Assembly: GCA_013265495.1 (NCBI GenBank)
Contig: MU058065.1
Coordinates: 3,947,003 to 4,011,002 of the forward strand
DNA: 64,000 nucleotides
Direction: 5' to 3'
Source of the DNA: Vicugna vicugna
Lineage: Eukaryota
Numbering within the stretch: position 1 is the first letter of the stretch; the number at the start of each line of letters is the position of its first letter. A model generated the notes under the pieces. That model saw only the letters and a list, made by a program, of their open reading frames with translations. It did no database searches and was not told the origin of the DNA. Positions 11,079-24,528 of this stretch are shown here, one piece after another. Both the position numbers and the translations under genes were made by a program.

Positions 11079-11949
11079 TCATTCTAGAATTCATTTCTGA
11101 AATGTATCCATTATTGTTTAAGGATTATTTTTTTTTAGTTTTTAAAATTAAAACATAAGTGAAATGAGTCTGTGATACTGGTTTTGGCTGGCGTATCACC
11201 TCAAATCTCCAGATTGAAAGCGTTGGAAGCTGGTGCTCAGTAAATGTTTGCTTTATAGAGGAAAGAAATATGTTCACATTAGGGTGCATCTTGGCATCTT
11301 TCCTGTGATTCTGAACCTTACTGTGTCCCATCTCCTATTCTCTTGGGTGTTCTATTAAGTCAGAGAAAGTTGATTGACCCCCTTACAACAAATTTAAGTA
11401 GTGTGGTGAGCTTCCTCAAGGTGACATAGGATCCTCTTCTTCTCCTGGCTCTTGTCTTTGATACGTTTATCTATACGCCCTTGTTTATTTGTTACTTTGA
11501 AATGTTACATCTAATTATGCCCTCCTAACAAACTGATTTCCATAAACCACACATAAAACCCTAATCAACATTATAGTCAAATTTTGCCTCGACAGATTGT
11601 CACCTCCTCAAATTCAACAGCTAAATCTTATTTTCTTTTCAGCTTTCACTTCTCACACCTCACATCCGTCCTTCTCCCATCATGATGCCAGATGAGTCAT
11701 GGGGATGGGAGCCATTGCTCAGGAAGTTAAAGTCACATAAAAACAGAAACTATCTTTAGTAATTTGAGACCTCCAGGAAGCCTTAGCTCCAGCACAAGTG
11801 GTCAGTGCTCCTTCACATGGCCATTGGTGCCCTCTAAACAAAGTTCTTGTAGGATCTTAAAGCTCTTTATTATTTTCATAATTATCATGGGTTGCTAAAC
11901 TTAGGTCACTGAAAGCAAAGGAGTGCAGACTACCCACACCTTTATTGAT

Positions 11950-12600
11950 TTTTTTTTCTAAAATATGTATATATATTTAACGGGAAACTTTGACAATATA
12001 AAGAAATGAAAGGAGGAAATAAAAGTGTTTGTGGTCCATTCCTGGGGAATAAGTGCTGTCAGTGTATTGATCTGTGTCCTTCTTTTGTTTGATCATAATG
12101 TATTTATTGCTTTATTCCTAATTTTAAGTTTTTTAACTTATTTACACAAGTAGTAAGTCATCCTCAGTTTAGCAAATATAAATGCACAGACATGAAAAGG
12201 GGGCCATCACTTATAATCTCACTGTCCAGAGATTTCCATTGTTATTATTTTAGGAAATATCTCTTTATAATTGCACCTACACTTACATATGAAAGTTATG
12301 GAATACGTATTTTGTTTCTATCAAAATGCTAAAATGTAATATATAATACTCTACAGACCTATTTCATCACTTAATAAACCATATCATTAAATATTTTCAC
12401 ATCATCATGAGTTTGGGATTATGTGTTTTCCCATCTTATAGATGTACCAGAACTTATTTTTTCATCATCTGGTATTGAACATATCTGTTGTTTCCAATTT
12501 TTTTTCTATTTAAAGTGAACATGAATGCATTTTTTTTACATTTATGAAATTTTTGGATGTGGAGTAGCTGAGTAAGGAGACATCAATCTTTGAGTTTCTC
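11950..12600 (-). mobile_element. Old L1M (L1ME/MD-like) fragments
   Basis: AT-rich sequence with TGAACATATCTGTTGTTTCCAATTTT and GTGGAGTAGCTGAGT motifs. Confidence 0.55.
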
Positions 12601-14072
12601 TCTCTCTCTTTCTCTATTTTTAAAATTTTTTCATATTTTCTTGGTCATGTCACTACACAGAACATGGAGATCTCCTACTGAATCCTTTCCCTTATAGAAT
12701 AGTTACCATATATAGGTCACTTGCACTTGACTGATTCCTGCTATCAGGACATACATCATATTAAACATGGTTTCAATTGGATTGACGGACGCTTTGCAAT
12801 CTTGCTGAATCAATCAATGTCACCAACTCCCCCCATTCCAGGTACGCTGACACGTGGTCATGTTAACTCCAAGGCTGCTTGGAAATTAAATGGAACATGT
12901 TCCATTTATGAGAAGTATTTTGTGCTGGTATTAAATGCTACAGATTTTCTTCCATCAACATCAATTCAATACTACAACCAATATTACCAGGAATTAACTG
13001 CTAACTCATACTGTAGCCAATCTGCCAAATCTCACACGTGCATGAGTAAATATACTTAGTGTAATTTTGACCTTTCATCTCGCTTTGCTCCTTAAGACAA
13101 GGCAACGGGAGTCCCAAGCAAAGAAACCCCAAACAACAGTTCCTTCCAAGCTCACTAGGGAAAAAAATGGAGAAAAATCATCGAGAGTCCACACTGCCTT
13201 GCACCTGAGTGCAGGTGAGGTGTGTTGAGATTGATATATGTGGTGTCATTTTCTGGACCATTAAAAATCCTGTCACCTCTGGAATGAAATGCTGCAGTGA
13301 TTTACCAGCAGATGACATAACATCGCACTATCATTTAGAAAGAGAAATGAGCAGCACAAGTATTGAACTGAACATATTTTTAAGTTTATCACCTTAAAAA
13401 ATAAGATATTCTATGCAGGAGAAAAACCTGTAAATTTATTCTCACCGATCGAGTTCTTCATCTTAATCATTTTGATTTAAATGACAAACTAAGCTTTGGG
13501 GGAATAAACAAGTGAATGAGAGAAAAATTTTGACCAACAGTGCCAAGAGAATGCCTGATAACAAACTGTAGGCTCTTTGAGATAGCTTTTTCAAGGCCCT
13601 TTAAGTGATTTTTTTTTTCTGTTCTTAAGACTTCATTCACCTCTAGTCTGCAGCAGAGCAAGATGACACCAAAATAATCAATTTTTTTTCTATTTCACAT
13701 AAGCTTCTTTATATGGCCCAGAAGTATCAATGACTCAGAAAGAGTAAGCAGCTGCCTATGACCCATTCAGACAAGTTACAGCAAACTGCCCATGTTTCTA
13801 TTGTGATCTTTGCGGTAAGACAGATGTGTACGTGTGGTCCAAGCAAGAGAGAAAAAAAAACAGATTATGAAGACTTTTTCTTCTTGTAAATGGGCTCACT
13901 TATATTTTTGTCATGATGAGTCAGAAACATTCATTATTTAAAAAAATAAAGATGGACAAAATTCACAAAATTTTGTGAAGATCAGCTATAAACGTCTACC
14001 AGTGGAATCAATACCTATCCAGGAATCATCTGCAGACTCTGAAGCCTTTCATGATCAGAAAACATTAAGTCA

Positions 14073-14376
14073 GAAATGAACTTATTTGCAAAACAGAAAC
14101 AGACTCACAGACATAGAACTTGTGGTTTCCAGAGGGGAGTGGAAGAGGGTGGAGGGATAAATAGGGAGTTTGAGATTTGCAGATGCCAACTACTGTATAT
14201 GAAATAAACAGCAAGGTCTTACTGTCCAGTAAGGGAACTCTCTTCAGCACCTTGTAATAACCTATAATGAAAAATAGTACGAAAAGGATATAAATACTTG
14301 CATATATAACTGAATTACTATGCTGTACACCAGAAATTAACACATAAACTGACTACACTCCAATTAAAAAAAAAAA
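14073..14376 (+). mobile_element. Cetartiodactyl-type L1 3' end
   Basis: AAACAGAAACAGACTCACAGACATAG...ATAACTGAATTACTATGCTGTACACCAGAAA, poly(A); degenerate TSD GAAAACATTAAGTCA / GGAAACATAGTCA. Confidence 0.85.
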
Positions 14377-14719
14377 GGAAACATAGTCACATATATTTCG
14401 CCACAACTGCAGGTGCTCCATTTAGGGTTAAAAACAAGATTTTTAAAGTTTATATTGCTTCTGCAGCACTGGCAAATTGGAGAGTAGCTGGTCGGGAACT
14501 TGCTGTATGAAAGACATTTGATGTTCCAGCTCTAAGGACACCTAGGTGGGATGGGATAGCTGAAGATCTGTCAGGTGAAAGAAGGAGCGAATTTATTTTT
14601 TGTTGTTCCAGAAAAAGAAACGAGTGTTCTAGAGAAGGGAAGGTCCCCAGAATAATTCCTGGCACAAATACTGAAAATGTAGTTTTAGAGCACTGCCTGG
14701 TCTTTACTTTGTAAGTGCC

Positions 14720-15190
14720 CTTCTCGTTAGCACATGGACCAGAAACATACACCTGCTGAATGATGCTAACTTCCGGGCCATGTTTACATAAGATGACCCT
14801 GCTCTCCTGGCTCCAGCCAATCGTGGCAGGGGTCATGTCTCAGATTTCCTTTCTCAAAGACCCAAAGAAAGAAACTAGTCAACGGTGGAGGACAGTGGAA
14901 CAGACTGCAAGATCAGAGCGGGCTTAATGGCAAGTCAGTGTTACTGGAGCCTGTCAGATGAATCCAATCTGTGAAAATAAGGAAGAAGCAGATGTTTACG
15001 GAGAAGAGATAAGAGAGTGAAAGCGCAGAGAAAGTGATGGAGAAAAAAAATAACTGATGACATTCCAGTTTCTGAAAGTCTGGAACTAGATTAACTGAGA
15101 TCATCCTGTATCCTTTTAATAACCCCTGCTCACCCTCACCCTTTTTATAAGTTATGTTGTGTAGGTCTTCTAGTCCTTCAAACAAACAAA
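14720..15190 (+). mobile_element. Possible old ERVL/MaLR-type LTR remnant
   Basis: LTR-like 3' end TATCCTTTTAATAACCCC...TAAGTTATG...CTAGTCCTTCAAAC; weak similarity only. Confidence 0.3.
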
Positions 15191-15646
15191 CAAAACTCTT
15201 AAAGAAATCAACAACTTCATGTTATCTCTTTCCTTCTCCTTGTCTTTTAGATGCTAAAACCAGGACAGATGAGCATAAGTTGGAGGGAAATGGATCTCAT
15301 TTAATGATGGAAACTGTCTAGACCCAGAGTGGGTGGTTACTGAGGTGTTCAAGCAGGCGTTGTAATCCCCCCCTTGCTATCACAAGTAATGCCATTGGAG
15401 CTGCTTAAATTGGTTTTGTTTCATTTCATTTACAATCTTTGGTTATAGTCAGAGCACTGATTAAGGTTGAAGAAACAAAAGTAATTCCCTAACTTTATCT
15501 GCACATGACCAGTTGCCCCCAGATCCCACGAATAATTGTTTGGTTTACATAAGGTTTGTTGGGGAAATGACTCTGTACATAAAAGCTGCTTGACCTTGTG
15601 GAGTTTTCTAAACCTTTCAAAGCCTCAATTTTGTCATCTATAAATT

Positions 15647-15968
15647 GGGTCTACAAACCCCTTTCTGAAATCTTTGGGCCAAAAATAGTTTTGATCTCAG
15701 GATTTTAAGACAGTAGATAGTTCATGAGGTTCCTGTGCTATATTTTATGTAGATGACTTACTGGGTTTGTGCAAACACTGTCTAATTACACCATGTCCAT
15801 AGTGAAACATTTGGATAGTCACACCATCTGGGATATAGACCATAAGTCTGCCTCACATCAGTTCAGGTCAGATTTTGCTATCAAATGAAGTTTGCCACAG
15901 ACCCAATAAAACCCTTTTGTGTTTCAGAATTTTTGGATTCCAGGATTGTGGATGGGGCTTGTGACCTA
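15647..15968 (+). mobile_element. MER46C-like Tigger MITE nested in a MIR
   Basis: Degenerate TIRs GGTCTACAAACCC / GGGCTTGTGACCT; internal CCTCACATCAGTTCAGGTCAGATTTTGC. MIR halves flank it (about 15590-15646 and 15969-16035). Confidence 0.75.
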
Positions 15969-17909
15969 CCATACTTACCTCCTGGGGGTGTTATAAGAGT
16001 AAAATGCCACCATGTCTCTAAGGCAGTGGGAACAGGCTCGCCTGTGTGTCTGTTGCCACCGTTTGGTTCTGCTGGTTTCTTTCTGGTTCCTCTTCCCTTT
16101 CAACCTTGAGCAATAGCTCCAGCCCAGCCAAGTCCACACTATGGGAGAGGCCTTCAACGTCACCTTCATAACCAGCTGAACTTCTTGCTCAGAAGGGTGT
16201 TTGGCATGTAGTGAGCACTCTGTGGTGGCCACCATCACCGCAGCTACTTCCACTGCTAACAGCGATATTATTGTCTTCTACCCCAGCTGCCGATGCAGAG
16301 CCATGATTTCTTTTTCAAGGGAAATTTACATCCTGAGTGACGTTTTGCAGTCAACGCAGAAGCACAGAAAAAAGAAAGATCGGAGAACAGTAGACAAATA
16401 GTGTCTTTTCTGGGTGAACGTATAGGTAAAAGGCAACATAAATCCAAGTCTGCCTTCGTGGCCATCCTTATCTTGACTGTCATCACACCATCAGGGTCTA
16501 AGGAATTTCAGAAAGAGCGCTGAAAACTGGCCATTTGGGTCACAGACTTTGACTGTTGAACTAAACCACACACATGCGTAGCCTTTAAAGAGCTATTTGC
16601 GCATTTTTCGCTCCTGTGTCATTACTCCTAAGATGTTTTAAGACTGAGAACAATCAACACTCTCTTAGTAGTTGCATCTGCTTTGGAAAATGCTGCGTTT
16701 AAAAGTCCCAGACACTCCTGTGGTGTCCAAAGGAGGTGAAGACTGCTGTCAGCATTGATCCATCTCAGCTGAGATGCCCTGTAGGGCTTGGGGTTTCTAT
16801 GTGCTGCCCTTTCAACCATTTCAGATTGTTGGAATTCTGATAGAAATTTCATTTTTTCCACCTGCCCCCTTTTACAGTAATAATCGTTGACTTCCGTCTT
16901 TGGCAATCATAACCGACCCCAGATCTAAACTTTATAAGCCTAGGGTGGACCAGCAGAGGTTACCTAGGGAATTAGAAAAAGAAAAAGAAAGAGTCAAATA
17001 CTTCATAAACACTAACAAGATTTACTGAGAGCACTCAAGATCAGCAGGAAGTTTCCAGAACACAATCACAGATGATAGTCCGGGTAGGGGAGGCCAAACC
17101 TTCCTATGCCAAAAAGTCCTAATTTGTTGCATACCAACAAGAAAAGTATCTAAAAGCCAATTGATTTAATCTCATTAACGGCTAACCCCCAAAGCACCGA
17201 CTTGATAGGTTTTCCACAAATTTGCCTCTAAATAAAAAGAATAATCAAATTCAGAATTAAGCAAATTGCTTTAGTCGGCCATTTAAAAACAGCGCAAGTA
17301 ATCGAATTAGCTGAATTTATTAGGAGTAAATGTGAATGAACTCAGAAATTGAATTTGGGGACTAACACTGGTGCAGCCTCTACATCAGCATGCCAGGGAA
17401 CAAAGCTGGATACAAATTCTTCTTTCCAGAGCTTGAAAATACAGAAAACAAAACAGAGAAGATGTCCAAATAAAAATGACTGAGTTGGTTTCCACACCGT
17501 CTTATGGGAGCCAATGATATCTATTGGACTCAATAAACCCATTTCATGTAGTGTAAGTGTCTACTTATGTTCTGAAATTACTGACGGAATTGGGCTTCTC
17601 AGCCCAACCAATAGATCTTTTTAGTTTTTAGAAAGCATTTTGGACTTTTTTTTTTTAATTTCCTGACTTTCCTCTGCTGATCCATCCTCATGGTTCAGAC
17701 TTGAGTTCAGTTGTGATTGCCCAGGACAAGCCATTAGCAGTTAGTTTTGAGGGAGGGGTGAGTGGAAGAAGGAAAATGACATTTCAGAGGCTGGATGAGG
17801 AGAACTGTTGCCGCCTTTCATGTTTACAAAATAGCTGTTCTTTGTATTCCCGGCACTTAGGTGCCCACACCAGTGTCATTTAGGTAACAGGCAAAGGGAA
17901 CTGACTTTT

Positions 17910-18590
17910 TTTTTTTTAACATTTTTTATTGATTTATAATCATTTTACAATGTTGTGTCAAATTCCAGTGTTCAGCACAATTTTTCAGTCATTCATGGAC
18001 ATATACACACTCATTGTCACATTTTTTTCTCTGTGATTTATCATAACATTTTGTGTATATTTCCCTGTGCTATACAGTGTAATCTTGTTTATCTATTCTA
18101 CAATTTTGAAATCCCAGTCTATCCCTTCCCACCCTCTACCCCCCTGGTAACCACAAGTCTGTATTCTCTGTCCATGAGTCTTTAGATTCCACATATGAGC
18201 GATCTCATATGGTATTTTTCTTTCTCTTTCTGGCTTACTTCACTTAGAATGACATTCTCTAGGAGCATCCATGTTGCTGCAAATGGCGTTATGTTGTTGG
18301 CTTTTATGGCTGAGTAGTATTCCATTGTATAAATATACCACATCTTCTTTATCCAGTCACCTGTTGATGGACATTTAGGCTGTTTCCATGTTTTGGCTAT
18401 TGTAAATAGTGCTGCTATGAACATTGGGGTGCAGGTGTCATCCTGAAGTAGATTTCCTTCTGGATACAAGCCCAGGAGTGGGATTCCTGGGTCATATGGT
18501 AAGTCTATTCCTAGTCTTTTGAGGAATCTCCACACTGTTTTCCATAGTGGCTGCACCAAACTGCATTCCCACCAGCAGTGTAGGAGGGTT
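17910..18590 (-). mobile_element. Young 5'-truncated L1 with 18-bp TSD
   Basis: Poly(T), 3'UTR and ORF2 end; identical TSD CAAAGGGAACTGACTTTT at 17892-17909 and 18591-18608. Confidence 0.95.
18182..18559 (-). pseudogene. L1 ORF2 C-terminal fragment
   Basis: [12 protein letters not shown]...[13 protein letters not shown]...CTPMFIAALFTIAKTWKQPKCPS...WIKKMWYIYTMEYYSAIK is the canonical L1 ORF2p C-terminus. Confidence 0.95.
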
Positions 18591-18619
18591 CAAAGGGAAC
18601 TGACTTTTGACCAGTTGCT

Positions 18620-18800
18620 CTGTACGTGTATTAATACTGACCTCACAGTTCTGTGGGGGGCGGGGGGTGTCACTGTTATTTCCCCATTTTACAGATGAGG
18701 AAGCTGAGACCGAGAGATACTGGATCACTTACCCAGTGCCATTCATCTATAAATGATGGAATTAAGACTCATACTCTTATTTCTCTGAGCTCAAAGACTG
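18620..18800 (-). mobile_element. MIR fragment
   Basis: CCCCATTTTACAGATGAGGAAGCTGAG. Confidence 0.8.
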
Positions 18801-18929
18801 TTATTAAAAGTTGCTCAACAAATGCTTATTTAAATGGTTATGTTTTGCTTACAGGAAATAGTCCAATCTTCACTCCTAATAACAACAATGATAATGACTG
18901 GCTTTCTACTCTCAAGTCCGGTTTTTCTC

Positions 18930-19120
18930 CACTGCTTTTAATTCACAACAATCGAGGGTGTGGGTAGTAAGGAGAGTCGCCATTCTCATTTTACAGATGA
19001 CGGGTCAGAGACCCGATGAATTTAAGTAACAAACCTAAAATCACACGTTTATAAGTAAACATGTGTCTCAAGCCCAGATCTGTGAGCTTAAATCCCGAGA
19101 TTTATACTGTCCTCCACTGC
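18930..19120 (-). mobile_element. MIR fragment
   Basis: CTCATTTTACAGATGA...TTAAGTAAC...AAGCCCAGATCTG. Confidence 0.7.
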
Positions 19121-21928
19121 CTCCTCTATCTGAGGCAATGAAAACAGAATACAGGACCAAAGTCTATCTTCTGACCTCTGAGGTCTAACTGTTTACTTAG
19201 AGAAAAGAAAGAACTCTGTGGCAAATGGCTGATCACTTAATTCAAATTAACAAGAGGAGATCAACTATTCTGGGGTCTCGTGGTTGATTTGACAAAGTAG
19301 ATTATAATTTGGGTCTTCTTGCAGGGCCCATAGGCATAATCCTCCTAGAAATAGAAAACATTGTTATTGTAAATTACCTTCTTGATTTATTTCATAAAGC
19401 CTCTGGGTTACAATTTAATCCCACCTTTGCTCAGCCCCTCGGGGTTGCTTTCTTGAATTACAGGGAAAGTGTTAAACCTGATTTTTTTCTTCAGCTCAAA
19501 GACCAAAGCAGTCAGAGGCAGAGACAACAGGGATCTGACAAGGCCAAGCAGCAATTACACGTGCCTCTCCTGTGTCGCCGCCTGAATGTTTATGTGGGAT
19601 GGGGAAAGGACAAGATGCCCTTCCTCTTGTGAAGTCTCTGCTGATCACAGAAGCAGATTTCAAATAATCTTTTCCATTTTGCTCCTCTGGGCAACTTGGC
19701 TTTGTAAACTGTCAGCAAAGCTGTCAAAGCGGGAAGCTAGATCTTGCAATCTCTCTGGGCGGATGCTGCCCGAATCACGTCTGTGTGATGGCAGGCGCCG
19801 GGGCCAGAGCAAGAAGAGCAAACCGTGTTGTTGCAGTGGTGCTGAATTCCCCGGGCTAATTAGGACTTCACGTTCTTTTATAACGCTGGGGAGAAAAATA
19901 GCTACTTGGGGATTCCATCAGAAGCTGCACCCTTTCAAGGTACAAATTGCCCAGGTCTTGCTGCCGGTAAAATGAAATCTTCTTCTCTTGATTTGAGATC
20001 ATTAGCTTTCTGTTTTACTGCAAATCATCTGCTGTGCTTATCTCCAGCCCAGGGGTACAAGGGAAGCAAGCTCCTTCATCAGCCCCTGGGACGGCATTGT
20101 CCGTTACAACTGTTGATCACGCCAGGTCAGGAAGTGAGTGCTGCTGGGTGAGAACTAGGAGAGAGAAGCAAAATAATAGGTCCAGGCGGAAAGAACCAGG
20201 TGCCTGAATTCACTTTATCTTTCCAACATCCCTGTAGTGTAGATATGACTATTAGCCCCATTTCACAGATTGAGAACACCGAGACTTGCCCATCATCAAA
20301 GTAAGTGATGAAAAAGTCTTTTGAATGTTTTATAAAGAGTAAGAGAAGAGGTAGCCTGCAGGTACAATTTTTTCTTAATTTAATGTGAAGGCTCATTTTT
20401 TCAAGTGCTAATTCCCCACCAAGGAAACCACATTCTTTTTATTTCATAATATTTTAGGGAGAATCATTTTATTTTCTACATTAGCCTTCATTTATCTTAA
20501 AATCCATCTTCAAGAGAACAGATAAAATGTATGAATAAGAAATTATTTAAAATCTGTCACTGAGTATCCTGACTAGTTAGACACTGTAAATAAATATATA
20601 ACAGGTCAATATAGTTACAAAATATCAAATCCTCATGCATTCAATCAAATGTCATTCAGCAAGAACTGAGTGCTAAACCCATGTTAGATGGTAGGAATTC
20701 ATTGATAAAAAGGTAGATAACTTCCTTTTCTCCTTCATGGAGCTTATAGAGAAAAAAATACATTTAAAAATGTATCATCATAGATAAGTAATTTTTTCTA
20801 AAGCTGACACATGAAATGAAACACAAAGCCCTGGTGGTCAACTTTTTTTATTATAAACTTTCATTTGAAAAAGCACAAAATGTGAATTATACAAAATAAT
20901 GGCTTAAAAACAATTTTATCAGAGAAAAGAAAATGGTCACTATGACCCTTAAGTAGTTAGTAAAAAGAAAGAAAAAATGAAAAATAGAAGAGAACATAGG
21001 CTAGAATATGAGAAACAATAATAAATACGTGATAAACAAAAAGATCATTGACGAGCTTCATAACCATAGGTAAGACTCTTCACTCGTGTGCCTTATTAGA
21101 ATCCAAAACAGGATCTAGACAAACATCTTGTGCATATGCCGGGTGTACACTTGACTATCTTCATAGGAAATAACCTCTTAGCAGATGATGTTTTTCTGAT
21201 GCAGTCTGGGTTCTGCAGTGAAGGACGTCATTCAGTTATTTTCTAAGTTTGAGGAAAAAGGTTGAGAAGAAGAATTCTAAGCTAAGCAGTTTCTGTAACC
21301 CACAGAGATAAACGAAAAACATGGATATGATGTTCTTAATGGATTTTGAATCATTTTACAAAGACCTCCCTAAGCACACCTCGATTTAGAAGAATAACCA
21401 TGAGACCTCCAATTAGAACTATAATTAAATGTCATTCAGGGACTAATAGCCACGCTCGCAGCATTCTCTGAGTTGATGACAGTGGGGAAGAGATGAGGTT
21501 GCACAGTTCAGCTTCTGGTCAGAAACGCTGGCTGATCATTATAGTCCAGTAAATTTCATGCACCAGTGTATTTATTGCTACCATAAACTGAAAATATGAA
21601 GGGAAAAAAAAGTTGAGATATATTGATTACACAGTGAGCCTTAGAGGTTCATTCTGATATCCATTATTCCTTGATAAGAAATGTGCCTTCTGGTTTTACC
21701 CAATAAAGCTTGTGCCCCTCTATTTCCACCCTTTTGTGAAGATGAGCATTTAAAAAAGCATCTAAAAAAATTCTATCCACTTATGAAGGTCTAACTTTTT
21801 GTCCTGGAACAGTAGTCAGGCCCCGAACCTTTCCCATTGTGGAGACCTAGGGGCATTTAGGGCTTGCGATCTTGGCCTTGAGAGACCTGGGCATTTTCTC
21901 TGTTGTGATTTCCCTGTAAAAGATGGGA

Positions 21929-22146
21929 ATTTTTTTTAATTTTATTTTTTATTGAAGTGTAATTGATTTACAATGTTAGTTTCAGGTGTATAGCAAAGTG
22001 ATTCAGTTATACATATATATATTTTTTTTTTCTTTTCATATTCTTTTCCATTATATTATTACAAAAAAATGAATATAATTCCCTGTGTGATAAAGTAGGT
22101 CCTTGTTGTTTATCTGTCTCATATACAGTGATGTGTATCTATTAAT
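21929..22146 (-). mobile_element. Cetartiodactyl-type L1 3' end
   Basis: TTTTTTATTGAAGTGTAATTGATTTACAATGTTAGTTTCAGGTGTATAGCAAAGTGATTCAGTTATAC; degenerate TSD AGATGGGAATT / AGGTAGGAATT. Confidence 0.85.
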
Positions 22147-23456
22147 AGGTAGGAATTCTTAACCAGCTCTTGAGATAACAAATTGTTTAGCTACACTGGG
22201 TCTAGAAATGCTTCTCCTTGGGGTGCATATTTTTGAGATAGCTTCACAATATTTTGTTTTACTTTTAGACTCTTAGAAAAGAAACTCATAGAAAATCAGA
22301 ACTTGCCCTTCATCTTTATAGGTCCATGTTGGGCTCAAGCGCTTAAGCCAGAACTGAGAATCCATTGCTTCTCCATTGGTCTATCCAGAGATCAGAAATG
22401 GGACTGTGTGGCTGGAAAATAATTACAGAAACTGGAATACAGTGGAGGTTGGAAAAGCATTTGAGAACATCATGTAAAAGAAGCAAAAAAAAAAATCACT
22501 GCTCTTATTTATAAACAAATGAAGCAAGAAAGCATGGACTTAGGCTGCTGTGAGGACACAGAAAAAAAATGACTTTTGTATAAATAGGAATAAGTTGAGG
22601 AAGTTAGAGCATAAAGGATGTGGGAGGATTCAAGCAGCTCAGCTGGTGCCTGGTAGCTTTGCAGGACCTATTTTGGCAAACCTGGCATATGTGGTCATGC
22701 GTCAGAATGGACTTTGTGGGGAGTCCTATATTTACCAGGTAAGTGACCAGATGTCTTTGTTAACGTGTAATGATTTCTGGGGAAGGGATTTAAAAATTCA
22801 GGCCGTACCACCCAAAAATAGGAAACTGGCTCTTCTTGCTTTGAGGAAATTTATGGACAATTGAAGATAAGACATCTGTGCAAAAAGAAGTACACATCCT
22901 ACAGATGGTGAGAATTATAGGACACATAATATTGTTAATAACAACATCATTTTCAGATGTATGAGAAATATATGTGTATGTGTTCACTGGATCTGTTATT
23001 GCGATATTTTCTTTATTTACACACTGCAATACTAGACACATAGTAGGCTATCAATAAGTCTAGAAGGAAGGCAAGAAGGAAGGGAGGAGGGAGGAAGGAA
23101 AGAAGAAGTTTTAGGGTTATCTTGGGGTTGAATACTTGTTATGTGTATTAACTGAAATTAAATATAATATAACAGACCACATAACTGACTGAATTTGGAA
23201 CCAAGTGTCACTTGATGGAGGAAAGGAAGTAGAGATAGGTGGGTTTTTTGCAGCAAAACCGTCTCCTCCCTTCAACTCGTGCCTCTGTGATGTTTACCTG
23301 CTCTCCCAGTACCGTGGGGTCAAAAGTGGGCAGAGATGAGGCTGTCAACCCAGATCCTTCCAGGGTGGGCTTGGGCAGGAACCAGGAGCCATCATGCATC
23401 CTGAGATCGCAGTCATGTAGAAGAGGCATCAATCCTTCCTCCCCCTGTGGCTGCCT

Positions 23457-23458
<2 letters not shown>

Positions 23459-23489
<31 letters not shown>
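23459..23489. repeat. (TG)n microsatellite
   Basis: About 15 perfect TG units. Confidence 0.95.
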
Positions 23490-23492
<3 letters not shown>

Positions 23493-23538
23493 TTTGATTA
23501 ATTTTGCAGCATATTTTGACTAGTTTTGTTTTAACCCC

Positions 23539-23962
23539 ATGTGATGTGCTAGAGCCGGCTTCTATGACCACTTGTTAAATTTCCAGGAGATGTGTGAGCC
23601 AGTTGCTGGACACTGCAAACCTAATTAATAAAAATCAAATTACATAAACTTGCAGTGAAATAGCTGGTATAAAAAACAAAGGTAAAACAATACTCAGACT
23701 TGTTACTTCCAGTTACTTTAGCGCATTGTCCTATGATCTAAGCTCCTGAGGTTATTCACTCCTCTTGTCTCTGTTATAATAAAATTATAAAGCAGTTTTC
23801 TGCTGTGATTATCTTCCTGACTCTGCACCCAGTGATGTCACATGGGTAGCTTGAAACTGGCAGTGGTGGCAGTAGTCACTCTACAGAAATTGGCAAATGC
23901 TACACATCCGGGCTTCTTGTGTGAGAGAGGATGGTGGTTAAACTTCTGCCGACACACCACTG
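23539..23962 (+). mobile_element. MER63B-like hAT DNA transposon
   Basis: GTGATGTGCTAGAGCCGGCT...TTGTTAAATTTCCAGG...GGTAGCTTGAAA...GGCAAATGCTAC...CACACCACTG. Confidence 0.8.
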
Positions 23963-24094
23963 AGCAGACATCCCGTTTTTCACTGCGTCACTATCTGTTA
24001 CTCCCTGTCTTCTGGAACTGCATCCTGCTTCTTTTCTCTCCATTAAGTAGTTTGAGTGGCTTCCAATTATACTCTCCCATCCTTTTGTCACAGG

Positions 24095-24528
24095 TGTAGG
24101 AATATTACACAGGTTTGGCCAATAACAGTGACCCTTCCCCAACCACAGTGACAAGCCCAGGGATGAGCATGTGACCTAGTCCAAGCCAATCAGTCCTGAG
24201 GTTTTTCTGGACAGATCCTGGGAAAATTAAGGCTAGCCCTTTCCCTCTGGAGTAGCTAAGCTGGGGTGATGTAAACCTGAGGCTGCTTGTGACCACACTT
24301 CCCCCATAATCCACATCACACACAGGAAATTTTGAGACCAGCCATGGCGAGCAGCAAAGCCCTGAGACAGAGGACAACCTGGTAATACCATTTGAGCCCC
24401 TGGGTCCAGACCTGCCTGTTTATCCATATTCTTTCCAGTTAATGTAAATCAACAAAACTTGACTTTTTGCTTAAGCCCTTTTGAGTTGGCTTTCTGTTAC
24501 TGACAATTAAAATGTCCTGCCTAATACA
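24095..24528 (+). mobile_element. MLT1 (MaLR) solo LTR
   Basis: GCATGTGACCTAGTCCAAGCCAATCAG...TTTTTGCTTAAGCC...TGAGTTGG...TCTGTTAC...CCTAATACA. Confidence 0.8.
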
